DNA of 64,000 bases. Origin: Callorhinchus milii (taxonomy: Eukaryota). The stretch lies in contig NW_024704757.1 in the NCBI RefSeq assembly GCF_018977255.1, positions 14,942,001-15,006,000 on the forward strand, given 5' to 3'. Shown here piece by piece: positions 41,674 to 53,869 of the stretch. A model generated the notes under the pieces. That model saw nothing but the letters and a program-made list of their open reading frames with translations. It was not told the DNA's origin and did not search any database. Positions within the stretch are counted from its first letter, which is position 1. Each line of letters begins with the position of its first letter. A program made the translations under genes and the position numbers.

Positions 41674-41679
41674 TTTATT
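41674..41679 (-). terminator. Polyadenylation signal of POLR3K
   Basis: First minus-strand AATAAA, about 100 nt after the stop codon. Confidence 0.55.
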
Positions 41680-41781
41680 TACAAATCCGACAGATTGTCT
41701 ACGAGTAGAACCGTGCGTACACTCTGTTTCATTATTTTCTTCATGAGCTGGCAATGTTATGATTTGAATTCACTCTATTAC

Positions 41782-43783
41782 TCAATCCCTCCATCGATGT
41801 CCACACTCTTGATTGCAGCACTTGTAAAATGTAGTCATAGGTTCATCGGCAGACCTGGTTTGTATCTGCATGAAGTATGCTCGAGGATGTTCACATTTAG
41901 GACATTTTTCTGTGTAAACATATGAAAAGGTGAGAAATTACTTTGCGTAAACGGACTGTGTACCTTAATAACGCAGTGATAACCAGGTCACTCTGACACT
42001 GTACAATGGCTTTCTGTGTAGATTGTACACCATTAAGCAACTCGATTTGCTCAAGGGTTTGCAATTTTGTGTGTGCCCAACCAGGTCTCTTGTAATTCTG
42101 AAAGGTTTCCACTATAATCCCAAAAGATGATTATTATTATTATTAAATAGAAATGGAAAAAATGTGCTGATGGCTGATATATTTATCCAATGATCAAGTG
42201 AGTCATCAATCTCCAGTCTATGCTGAATTATCTGATTTGGGGAGATGGAAGATGCCTAGATTGAGCAGTGATGAAATCAGCCATCAACCCAATTAATCCC
42301 GTGGGAATGTGGGTTTGAGTCGATAGATTCTCCATTCATTTTTCAAAACAGTTTGAACGCAGCCTAGAGCTATTTGTTGAGACTTGTTCCTTGCCCCAAA
42401 ACATTGGCATTTCGGGATAGAGGTTCAGAATATTGTTGGGCACCTGTGCAATATTTACGATTCCCAAAATGCTGCAAATGGAAGATGCGTCAACGCTGTA
42501 TTAGTTGTGCTCGTGTGAAGGTACATTTTGATTCATAGCCTACCTGGCGTCGAGTCAACATTTTCCCAAGCAGCAGCACCACCCAACACGTCGTCAACTT
42601 CTTTTAGTTTGGGATATTTTCTGTTGGTTATCTGCAGCAGCCAAAGAATAAGTTACCAAATATTTGTGGCACGTTCAAGCAAGTGCAACGCATAGAAACG
42701 GCAAACGTCGTTTAATTCCGACCTCCTCCCCTTAATGCGGTGGTGAGCGACCGCTTTGGTTGGCCGACAAAAATAGATGGAATATTTCTTGGGTTTATGC
42801 TTCAGTTTTAGGCTATTTCGTGATATGTGCGCGGGCCTGGCTCAGCAGTAGCACTCTCGCCTCCGAGTCAGAGGGATGAGGTGGTGGATTCAAGCCGCGC
42901 TTTGTGACCTGGAATCGCATAGTCTTAATGCAGTGCTGGGGCGGGGGTGGGGGGGGGGAGGGTGTGTGTGTGTGTGTTGCATTGTCGGAGGTGCCGTCCG
43001 TTCAGATGAGACGTTAAACCGAGGACCCATCTGCCTGCTCAGGTGGGCGTTTAAAAAAAAAAAAAAAAAAAATCTCACGGCGCTATTCGGAAAGAGGGAG
43101 TTTCTCCCTCCCGGTGTCCTGCCCGAAAAATCACTCAAATACATAAACAAACAAATTAATAAATTAATAAATAAATAAGTAACTGGCCGCCCACAAACAC
43201 GGCTGTTTGCGGGACGCTGCCGGGTGCCGTCGGCCCCGCTGCGTCTCGCCCACGGAAACGACAGCCGGTCCGCTTGGCGGTAATAATCTGCGCCGCTCTG
43301 TTTACTGGAGGGTGTGATACGGCGCTATATTCAAACGGAAGGATTATTATTTCTAATATGAATGGTTATTTTGCGCAACACTGAAAAGGTCTCACTGAAC
43401 CCCCCCCAGTGTACATGGGGAGGTCCCTCTGTACAGCTCAAGCTTCCCTACCCCCCCCCCACACCACCACCACCAAACCCCCACCACCACCAACCCCCCC
43501 ACCACCACCACCAAACCCACCCCCCCCCACACCACACCACCACCCCCCCCCACACCACCAACCCCACGCCACCCACCACCCCCCACACCCCACCCCACCA
43601 CCCCCCCCCCCCCCCACCAACCCCCCCCCCCCCGCAGGGGTGAGAGGGCTATGTTGACCCCCGGCCTCTGACCTTGCGGGTGATGTTGTGAACATAGGGA
43701 CAGGTGTTACAGGCGAAACGATAGCATTTCTGACCCTCCTCCACGATCAGCACATTGCCACAGGTGGGGCAGAAGAGCAGCAT
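41782..43783 (-). CDS. POLR3K: RNA polymerase III subunit RPC10 (C11), 108 aa
   Basis: Exons 43783-43673 ([37 protein letters not shown]), 42631-42544 ([29 protein letters not shown]), 41909-41782 ([42 protein letters not shown]). Two zinc ribbons and the TFIIS-like RSADEP motif. Confidence 0.98.
42833..43350 (+). mobile_element. Near full-length DeuSINE (SacSINE1-like) in POLR3K intron 1
   Basis: tRNA-like head, then ggaggtgccgtccgttcagatgagacgttaaaccgagg...ctcaggtgg Deu-domain core, then L2-type tail. Confidence 0.85.
43445..43635. repeat. C-rich (CCA/C)n low-complexity tract
   Basis: Directly visible; G-rich on the POLR3K sense strand. Confidence 0.9.
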
Positions 43784-44125
43784 CTCCCCCCTCCCCTGTC
43801 TCCCCTCCTCCCCCCCCTCCTCCCCCTCTCTCCCCCCTCCCGCTCTCTTCCCCTTTCTCCTCAGTGGCGGTGGAGCCGAACCTTTTAGAACCGGAAGGCG
43901 CAATCGCCGGAAGCGCCCGCCCGCCGGAAGCGCCCGACCGCCGGAAGTGTCGGCCGCCGCCGGAAACCGGAAGTGGTCGGGGATGGACCTGGTGAGCGCA
44001 TCGCCCAACCGACGAATCTAACAACAACAACAACCACCAACGCCACCAACACCACCATCATCATCATCATCGCCGCCACCACCACCGCCATCATCATCAT
44101 CTGAGCTAATTTGAGGAGCCGGGGG
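43784..44125. promoter_or_regulatory. Bidirectional POLR3K/SNRNP25 promoter with an array of ETS/GABP sites
   Basis: 342 bp between divergent ATGs; CCGGAAG at 43891, 43907, 43924, 43941, 43967 and CCGGAAA at 43960. Confidence 0.85.
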
Positions 44126-47100
44126 ATGGCGGAAGANNNNNNNNNNNNNNNNNNNNNNNNNNNNNNNNNNNNNNNNNNNNNNNNNNNNNNNNNNNNNNNN
44201 NNNNNNNNNNNNNNNNNNNNNNNNNNNNNNNNNNNNNNNNNNNNNNNNNNNNNNNNNNNNNNNNNNNNNNNNNNNNNNNNNNNNCTGGACCTGTTTCAGG
44301 AGGGTCTGGTCAGGATAGTCCAGGATCCTTTACTGTGCGATCTGCCCGTCCAGGTGCGTGTCAACCATCACCGCAATCGGCCACTGCTGTAACCAGATTA
44401 ACGATGAAAATAATAATAACAATACGACTATAATACCCATAGCAATTAATAACCACGACCGCAGTGCAATAACTATCAATAATAATCACAATGGCAGTGC
44501 ACTGATTAGTAATAATAAGCACAATAATGGCATAATGATAATTGATAATGATGTGATCGTCGCAATGAATGATAATAATTAGTAATAGTAACATATAATT
44601 AATGAGAACCCCAATTACTCATCGTATATTAATAATCATGATATAATAATAAGTAATAATAATATAACAATCGTAATAACAACTGATAATCATATAATAA
44701 TAACCATAACCACAATAATGACACTTAATAATCATCATCATGATAATAATCCTTGCATTTGATAACAGGGTCTTATTGCGCCGTCTCAAAGCGCTTCCAT
44801 CACAGGATCTCACTGTAAAGTTTTGAGGTTTTCACGAAGGGAAAACGAGTTGCTTTCCTTTGTGGCTGTTACCTGTTTGGAAATGAAACTGTTATCACTC
44901 GCGCCGACAATTCTACTGGCGCCCTGGGACGTATTTTCGACCCGAAGGGCGTTTATACAATTGTAATTTGTTGTTGCTGTGGTTGTAAAGTGAATTGACA
45001 GTGTGTTTTGTGGGCAAAACTATCTTTCTTGTTGAGATAAAATCAAGCAATCATTTCTATAAGGAGCACCTACGCAGAAAATCACACTTGGTGCGATCCA
45101 TATCCGTTTCGCCCACAAAACATACAGTCGGTTCACTTTACAGTGTATTCTGCGAAGCGCTTTGAGACATCTCTCGAAGATGTACAGTCAATTTACTTTA
45201 CAGTATATTCTGTGAAGCGCTTTGAGACGTCCAGAAGATGTGATAAGGCGCTGTATCAAATGCAAGGAATATTATTATAGATGTGATAAGGCGATATATC
45301 AAATGCCAGGAATATTATTATTATTATCTGCACATTTTATTGGTCAGTAACTTTTGAGGTTAAACCCAGTGAATTTGTGTATCTAATGAACTTTATTTTG
45401 GAATTATTGAGCTGAAGCAGACAGAGGGGTCAATCTGCACCGATCTCTAAAAATAACACTTTTTATTGCTTACTTTTCCCCCTGTACACGAATATAAAAA
45501 GATTGCTATTTTCAGAGATTGGCCTGTAATGGAGCTGAAAATGCCTTTGTGCTTATAACCTTTAAGCTTTCTGAAGAAGTCTTTGTTTAATATCAGCTCT
45601 GCATAATAATCTTTGCATTTGATACAGCGCCTTATCACATTGTTGGTCACTTGAATTTTGCTTTTATGCAGGTTACTTTGGAAGAGATAAATTCACAGGT
45701 TGCACTGGAGTATGGGCAGGCAATGACTGTCAAAGTAAAGAAAGGAGATGATGAAATTATGCGTGAGTACATTTTGTTTTCCAGTACTGCACTTTTTCAA
45801 AGTGGGAAGGATTCAAGTCAGCAGGTTGCTTTCTTTTGTAACTGTTACCTGTTTGAAAATGAAGCTCTTATCACTTGCGCCTACAATTCTATGAGTGTTC
45901 ACTACATTCAGCAGAAGAATGCTTCTTGTCTGTAATTAGCAGGTGCCTACATTTTAACGGAGCTTGATAATGATTGCTTTCTTTCTTACCTTCCTCAGCT
46001 ATCGTTGTGATTCAGAATGACAATGTCCTGGACCTGNAAAAAGCCATTCAGAGATATGTACAACTGAAACAAGAGCGCGAAGGAGGAACACAGTATATTA
46101 GCTGGTAAAAAAAAAACCTTCAAAAATAAAATCAATTTAAAAAATAACGATATGGTCACTGAATCCACGACTGTGGGACACTGCTGTGCTCAATTGGCTG
46201 ATGCATTCCGCCTTCAAAATATACAGTCAATTCACTTTACAGTATATTACTGTGAAGTGTCTTGAGACGTCTTGAAGATGTGATAAGGCGCTGTTTCAAA
46301 TGCAAGGATTATTGTTACAAATTAGCTTGTGTAAGACATTTTCTGATGACAGAGCAACTGAGCTGAAGTTTGGATGACATATAACTAAAGATCTGTTACA
46401 TCCATCAAGCCCCCACTCCTTAGTATTAATTATTTCTGTGACTGCTGCCATGATAACCTGCAAAGTTTTCAGGGTGGGCATCTCAAAGCGTGTCAACAAG
46501 ATACCCTGCAAAGTGTAGCGACTCTATCTTGTCGACAAATATTTCCATTCAGTTCATAATCACGTGTGGAAAATCGGGATTCTTTACTTGATTCAACAAG
46601 AGTTGCATTTACGTAGAGCCCCTCACACGGGGTAGGTCCCAGAGCGCTTGACAGTGCACAGTAGAAACGTATAGGGAAAAGTGTATCAATGAGTTATGTG
46701 CGATGCTGTACAATGATCACTGTTTTTATATTTTGAACAGGAGGTATGTCTGGCGGACTTATCATCTGACGTTCGATGGACAAAAACTAACCGATGACAA
46801 AAAGAAACTCAAAGAGTAAGTGTTAAGAAAACAAACAGAATCTTTTATTCTCCTCAATTCATTCGAAACTGCTGGCGATTGGCTTCCTTTTATCGTTCCC
46901 CGCTGGGCTCGTTTTTTTCGTTTGTTTTCACGAAAGCCATGCGACCGCTGCGTCCGTGCTAAGATCTCATTGTAAAATATAATTAAAATGGTAGATCTAC
47001 CAGATAATAATCTTTTTCGTTTGTTAGAGCATGTGTTCGCATGTTTGCGTTGTTCGGGAGGGAGGGGGGGAGAGGCGAGAAAGAATCCTGTCTTCAGGCA

Positions 47101-47405
47101 AAACTGGCAAAAAAAACATGCAGTGTGTCGCGAGTCCTCCAGAGGCAATAGGGCTACATTACTGTAAGATTAATCATGTCTGAAGTAAATACAGCCCAGT
47201 CCATGTTGCTCCATGAATTCCAGCAAAGGATCGAAAAATAGTCTGTACAAATGAGCACGAAACAATAAAGGTGTTTCTTGAAGAACGAAACTGCGAGGGT
47301 ATCCTGACCCCCCCCCCCCCCTCAAAATGTAACGTTTCTGGTTACAGCTACGGCATACGGAACCGAGATGAAGTTACCTTCATAAAGAAACTTCACAACA
47401 AATAA
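44126..47405 (+). CDS. SNRNP25: U11/U12 snRNP 25 kDa protein (ubiquitin-like fold)
   Basis: Exons 44126-44353 (MAE-[N gap]-LDLFQEGLVRIVQDPLLCDLPVQ), 45672-45762 (VTLEEINSQVALEYGQAMTV), 45999-46104 (KAIQRYVQLKQEREGG), 46741-46815, 47348-47405 (YGIRNRDEVTFIKKLHNK*). GT-AG introns; head-to-head with POLR3K as in human. The start codon is inferred across the gap. Confidence 0.95.
44137..44284. other. Assembly gap (148 N) inside SNRNP25 exon 1
   Basis: Run of N in the sequence. Confidence 0.99.
44395..44750. repeat. Degenerate (AAT)n low-complexity tract
   Basis: Directly visible. Confidence 0.85.
44745..45020 (-). mobile_element. SINE fragment interrupted by a 162 bp retro-insertion
   Basis: SINE consensus breaks and resumes at a duplicated TGTAAAGT (44814-44821 and 44984-44991). 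Confidence 0.75.
45105..45327 (+). mobile_element. SINE 3' end with two internal tandem duplications (~60 bp and ~42 bp)
   Basis: tacagtc...tttgagac unit and gatgtgataaggcg...ggaatattatta unit each occur twice. Confidence 0.8.
46135..46315 (+). mobile_element. SINE 3' half
   Basis: Family core and tail. Confidence 0.8.
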
Positions 47406-47494
47406 AAGGTTGGCATTTCTTTCAATAGTTCAGGGAGGGGGGGCTGGGGGGAAGGGTTTAAGGTATTTTCTTTTTACTTTCAAGGGGGGAGGCT

Positions 47495-47795
47495 TTTAAT
47501 AATCCGTTCATTTGATAGAGCGCCTTATCACGTCGTTGAGACGTCTCAAAGCGCATCACAAGATATACTGTAAAGTGTAGTGACTATTTTATGGGCGAAA
47601 TGCAGCAGACAGTTGCTCACAGCAGTGTCCCACAAACAGTGAATGACCCAATTTTTTTTTGAGTTTATTACCCCGGAAGTGATCCGCCAATTGACTAACA
47701 AGCGGGTTCCTACTTACCTCTAAGTAAACAGAGGCGTGTGGAATAAGGAAACTTGCCTAAGGTTTCCTCCCTGCCCGGGAATCAAACCCAGGTCC
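47495..47795 (-). mobile_element. tRNA-derived SINE in the SNRNP25 3' UTR (antisense)
   Basis: Reverse complement of long-body subfamily including B box. Confidence 0.85.
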
Positions 47796-48161
47796 TTTAT
47801 TAAGAAGCTCCACTCACTTTGTCACTGTGTAGTATATCAGAACTTGCAATTGAGAGATACAGTTTTGTAATTCCTGGCTGTCTTTTAATGGATATTTTTG
47901 TACTTTAGGCTTTTCCATGAGGACTATTTGATCGATGCTTTCATTCAGAATCTATATGACTGTTGCATTGAACTTGTACAGATTCACTTCCACTTTTCCC
48001 TGTTTTCAGTGAAAGGCCTTTTCTGAATCCGACTACTAGGGAAGAAGAGAATTCGCCTAGAATTGTCATGTCAAAGAAGAATAGCGTTCTGAAAACTAAT
48101 GTTATTTATAAATGTACATTATATAGGATATTGTACATAGAATAAGTANTTTTTTCAACAG

Positions 48162-48167
48162 AATAAA
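48162..48167 (+). terminator. Candidate polyadenylation signal of SNRNP25
   Basis: AATAAA followed by a T/GT-rich downstream element. Confidence 0.5.
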
Positions 48168-48244
48168 AGTTTTTTTGGTTGTCTTAATGAGCATTTTGCA
48201 GCCTTCAGTATTTGATTTCATGTTGTTATTTAATTACTAGCTGA

Positions 48245-48559
48245 AGTCCTGTAGCTCAGTGGTTAGAGCACTCGCTTTACAAGCGAGAGACCTGGGTTCG
48301 ATTCCCGGCAGGGCTAAACCTTGGGCAAGTTTCCTTACTCCACACACCTGATAATAATCCCTCAAGAAAAAAATAAAAAAAATAATTTTGTCACTCAATC
48401 CACGACTGTTTGTGGGGACGCCGCTGTGTGCAATTGGCTGCTGCGTTTCGCCCACAAATATACAGTCAATTCACTTTACAGTATATTTTGTGAAGCGCTT
48501 TGAGACGTCTCAACGTGATAAAGCGCTTTATCAAATGCAAGGATTATTAATATTTATTG
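48245..48559 (+). mobile_element. Full-length tRNA-derived SINE with 10 bp TSD
   Basis: TTACTAGCTG at 48234-48243 and 48560-48569; intact A and B boxes. Confidence 0.93.
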
Positions 48560-49727
48560 TTACTAGCTGTACCTGTTGCAGCTTCACTTGCAATCAAAGG
48601 CTCCAATATGGAATGTAGATTGTAGACAAACAGACAGACATTTCGTCTTTAACCATACTCAGGTGGGAGAACTCCTGTGGGAGACCTCAGTGGGAGGATT
48701 CCTGCTGGGTGGTCTACTTGTTGGAGTGCATACAAGTGTGATGAGCTTGTTTAAGGCATAGCTTTTCTCCGCTAATTTGTTGCAGGATATATTATAGGTA
48801 CAGTCAGATTTATCTCTAGAAGGGTGTGTGATTTCCTCTGTCGCTACTTCGATGCAGAATGCCACGCATACCTTTTTGGGGGACTTAATTGCAGCATTTT
48901 TAAAAATATATGAATATAGCTCATCAACGATAGGAGATTCCCCCACCACCCCCCCAAAAAAAATACGCCCATGACACTCCGCCATGCAAGGCTTTTCCGA
49001 TGAGGTATAAATCATGTCTCTATGTCAAATCGGTTATTGGGTTCTTGGCAGACATTTCGTCTATTAGTATAGAAGATAATATTCTGAGTGTAGTCAGGGA
49101 AGGCCGGATGTGCTGTGACAATGTCCTTGGTTAGTGACACACAAACTATCAGCAGGGCAAAATGTTGGGCAAGTTTGCTAACTCCACGCCTCTGTTTACC
49201 TCGCAGTAAGTAGGAACCCAGTTGTTGGTCGATTGGCGGATCCCTTTTCTGGGGGCAATAATTCCTTCAAAAATTAATAATTTGATCACTCAATCCACTA
49301 GAATATGCAGCGCAGAAACAGGCCAACTGGTCTATGTCGGTGTTTATGCTCCACATGAGCCTCCTCCTGCCATTCCTCAACTGAGCCTTCAAGCACAACC
49401 TTCTATTCCTTTCTCCCCCATGTACCTCTCCAGCTTCCCCTTAACAACTCAACAACTCTTTATGGTGGCATGTTCCACATTCCCACTACTCTCTGTGTGA
49501 AGAAATGTCTTCTAACTTAACTATTTGAACTATTTGTGACCATTTTAGTCACTTCCTCAACTAAGCCTGCGAGGATAACCTTCTAACACGCAATACAGTC
49601 AGATTTGAGAAATGGCTCAGCTGATTGACAAGGAGTGGCAAGGACTCGGAAGTATTTGCTTGAAAACCCAACACTATTTTCATTGGACAATGGTCATATG
49701 TATGTATGCATGTATGGATGCAGCAGG

Positions 49728-49824
49728 TATAAAAGTAAGATTAAATTGAGCAAGGTGGGAGCTTGTGGTTGGATTTGCAGATTAAACTTGACTCTTTTCT
49801 TAGGAAAGAAAAAACCCACTAAAG
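49728..49824 (+). promoter_or_regulatory. Putative TATA box and non-coding first exon of the LITAF-like gene
   Basis: TATAAAAG at 49728-49735, then a consensus donor AAG/GTAAGT at 49824/49825. The LITAF-like ATG exon starts at an acceptor (51512) 5 nt before the ATG. Confidence 0.45.
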
Positions 49825-50107
49825 GTAAGTGCTCTTTTCCTTGATTGTGTTCATACCAAATTTGCAGATTGCCTCGTGCTGATCAGTAAATGTAAAACAA
49901 GAGAATAAAGCAGAATAAACTGGTCTGGGTGAAAGTTTCAAGGTTCCTTTTTTGGGTGCTGTGCTATTAGATCTTGCTAGTAAATTGTGACCAAGGAACC
50001 CAAACGGGCCGGGAATGGGGAGAGGGTAATTTATTTTTGTCGGAGGGAATAAAATGTAATGACCCTCAATGGTGAGTATATTTCTAAACGCTGGAAATGG
50101 GAAGATT

Positions 50108-50425
50108 GTGGAGTCCTGTAGCTCGTGGTAAGACCGCTCACCTTGCAAGCGAGACACCTGGATTTAATTCCCGGCAGGACGAAACCTTGGGCAAGTTTCC
50201 TTACTCCACACACCTAATAATAATCCCTCAAGAAAAAAAACAGTAATTAATTGATCACTTCAATCCACGACTGTTTGTGGGGACGCTGCTGTGCACAATT
50301 GGCTGCCTCGTTTCGCCCACAAATATACAGTCAATTCACTTTACAGCATATTCTGTGAAGCGCTTTGAGATGTCCAGAAGACGTGAAAAGCGCTATATCA
50401 AATGCAAGGATTATTATTATTATAT
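50108..50425 (+). mobile_element. Full-length tRNA-derived SINE
   Basis: Head gtggagtcctgtagctc, family core and (ATT)n tail. Confidence 0.9.
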
Positions 50426-51516
50426 TAACATTTATTATAAGATTTACCACCCGACAAGCCGAGGAGCACTTTTGCTCAAAATAAAAACTATTTTGAGTTA
50501 AGCGTCAATTTGAATATAATGAGGCATCTTATAATAATACCGAGCCCTAGTTGGGTGATATTATTATTTATAACAGTTAGATAGTTGGATTTTTTGTAAT
50601 CTTTTATTAAATTAATCGGGTAAACACAGTCTGTGACCTCACAGAATCATAGAATCTTACTGAAGGAGGCCATTCGACCCATCGTGCTCTTTGAAAGACC
50701 CATGAAACTACTCCCAAATCCCCCGCTCTTCCACCATAAGTGTTACCTCTTCAAATACCTACCCAGTGCACTGACCCAAATACCAGTCTAACCTACTTTA
50801 ACCTGTTCTATCGATACCAACCCCTAAAAGACATCGTAATATTCAGTGCCATTTTTTTAAAATTTGATCTTAACTTTCCCCGTTTTTTAATGTAAAAAAA
50901 AATCATTGTGTGTTTCCTTCTTTAGAATTTCTTTCTTTTGAGAACAACTTAATGATCCTGATCCAGATTAATTCTGTTAACTTGGTGCCTTAATCTGCAG
51001 AAACCTGTTAATCCAGTTTATGCAAATTATTATGATGGGAAACCATGTGGAAATTTGTTTTTTTCTCTCTTATGGTATTTTATCTCTTGGTTTCATGCCT
51101 ACCAACAACTTTTGGTATGTGGCAGAATTCCTGGTGTTTGATCAAAAGGCAAAGATTACAATTAAAGAAGTGTAAGGTGTACAACTACAATAACTAGTAA
51201 ATATGATTTTCATGTAGAAATGGTTTCAGTCCAGAATTGGATTAGAAATACAGGAGGCCATTCAGCCCAGTTCTGGCCTATTCTGATTCTGTAATTTTAT
51301 TAAATCATGACCGATCTTGTATTCCCATTTCTTACCTTTTCTCCATTAATATTCCTTGCTTCTCAAGTATCGCTCTCCCTTTTAAACACCACCTTTTGGG
51401 GTTATGCAATGCTCAGAACACAGTCTAAAGGCAGAGGATTTTCTTAGCTGGGATTACATTTGATACGTAGAATCCTGCAAAAAAGCTATAACCTGTTGTC
51501 TTGAGTTTCAGGTGAC

Positions 51517-52641
<1,125 letters not shown>

Positions 52642-53069
52642 AGAACCCACTTCAAGAGCCATTCACGTTTCAAGAATAATTCGGATTATGACACATTAGC
52701 AAAGAGTTCGCAATGTACATGCGTATTTGCTCACATGACGACTTAAATTGCCTCGAGTCCTGGTGATTTATAGCTGGCCTTTCCCATGCAAACCTTTCAA
52801 CTTTCCCTGGTGTCAATCTGACTCATTTGGTGCCTCTGAGTTAGAAGGTTATGGGTTCAAGCCCCAATTTTGGACTTTAAGCTCATACCCATCTATGTTA
52901 TCTGGATGCAAAATTATAGATTTTTGCACATTTGCTTAATATCCAAGTTGTTGTTGTTATATTACATTTATTCACAAACATCCTTTTATAGGCATTATCC
53001 CAATCTGTTTTTTAATGCAACTTTTCATACGAGTGCAATACGTGCAAATTAAATTTGAGTGATTTTTAG

Positions 53070-53175
53070 AATAAAATTAATTGTGTTTAGGAATAATAAA
53101 GGGATTAGGAACGTAATAGTGTGTTTTTTTTCAACATGTAAAAGGAGGCTGTAGATGTATTTAATTGGGAATAAA
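53070..53175 (+). terminator. Cluster of AATAAA signals 3' of the LITAF-like gene
   Basis: AATAAA at 53070, 53095 and 53170 in an AT-rich 3' UTR-like region. Confidence 0.4.
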
Positions 53176-53869
53176 AAGTTTGAGATGTATTCTTTCAGTG
53201 TGTCATAAAAATAATGTGCCCTTATTATATGCAAATCATGAGATGATAACAAGCTCCTACTTGCTGTTCGATGAATGTTAACTAATGTCTTAGTCTCCCC
53301 TCATCTGCCAGAAAACAGCAATTCGAATGACGTTTGTTGCTTTCTTGTAAACTCACAACACACAACACTTGCGCCTCACATTAGGGTAAAAAAATTAAAC
53401 GCTGTGGTAACAGGAAGCACAGGGAGGAAAAATGTTAGGCACAAATTCACGGTGAGTCAGAGGATTGGCATTTCATAGAATCATAGAATCCTTCAGCACA
53501 GAAGGAGGCCATTTGGCCCATTGTGCCTTTGCTGCTCTTTCAAAGAGTTACCAACTGATCCCACTCCTACGCTCTTATCCCACAGCCCTGCACATTCTTC
53601 CTTCCCAGACTTAGGAGGCGGCGGGTGGGTGGGGGTTGTTGTGGGGGGGGGGTGGGTGTTGTTGGGGGGGGTCGGGGTTGAATTTTCAATGCGCGAAGTA
53701 CGCTCACACTATTGTAACATTAGACTGAAGAGATTCAGTGCAAGTTATTAAGCCAAGTATTGCAGTTTTCTGCCTGACTTGAATTGTTAGCGCTGTCCTG
53801 ACAGACTGTCTGTCGGACATCAAGTCCTGGATGAGGGCAAATTTCCTACAGTTGTGAACGAGTGAACGA

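Noticed and set aside
48245-48316. Genuine tRNA-Val(TAC) gene
   Set aside because: Continues into SINE body and tail within a TSD, and is unlike vertebrate tRNA-Val; kept only as a finding.
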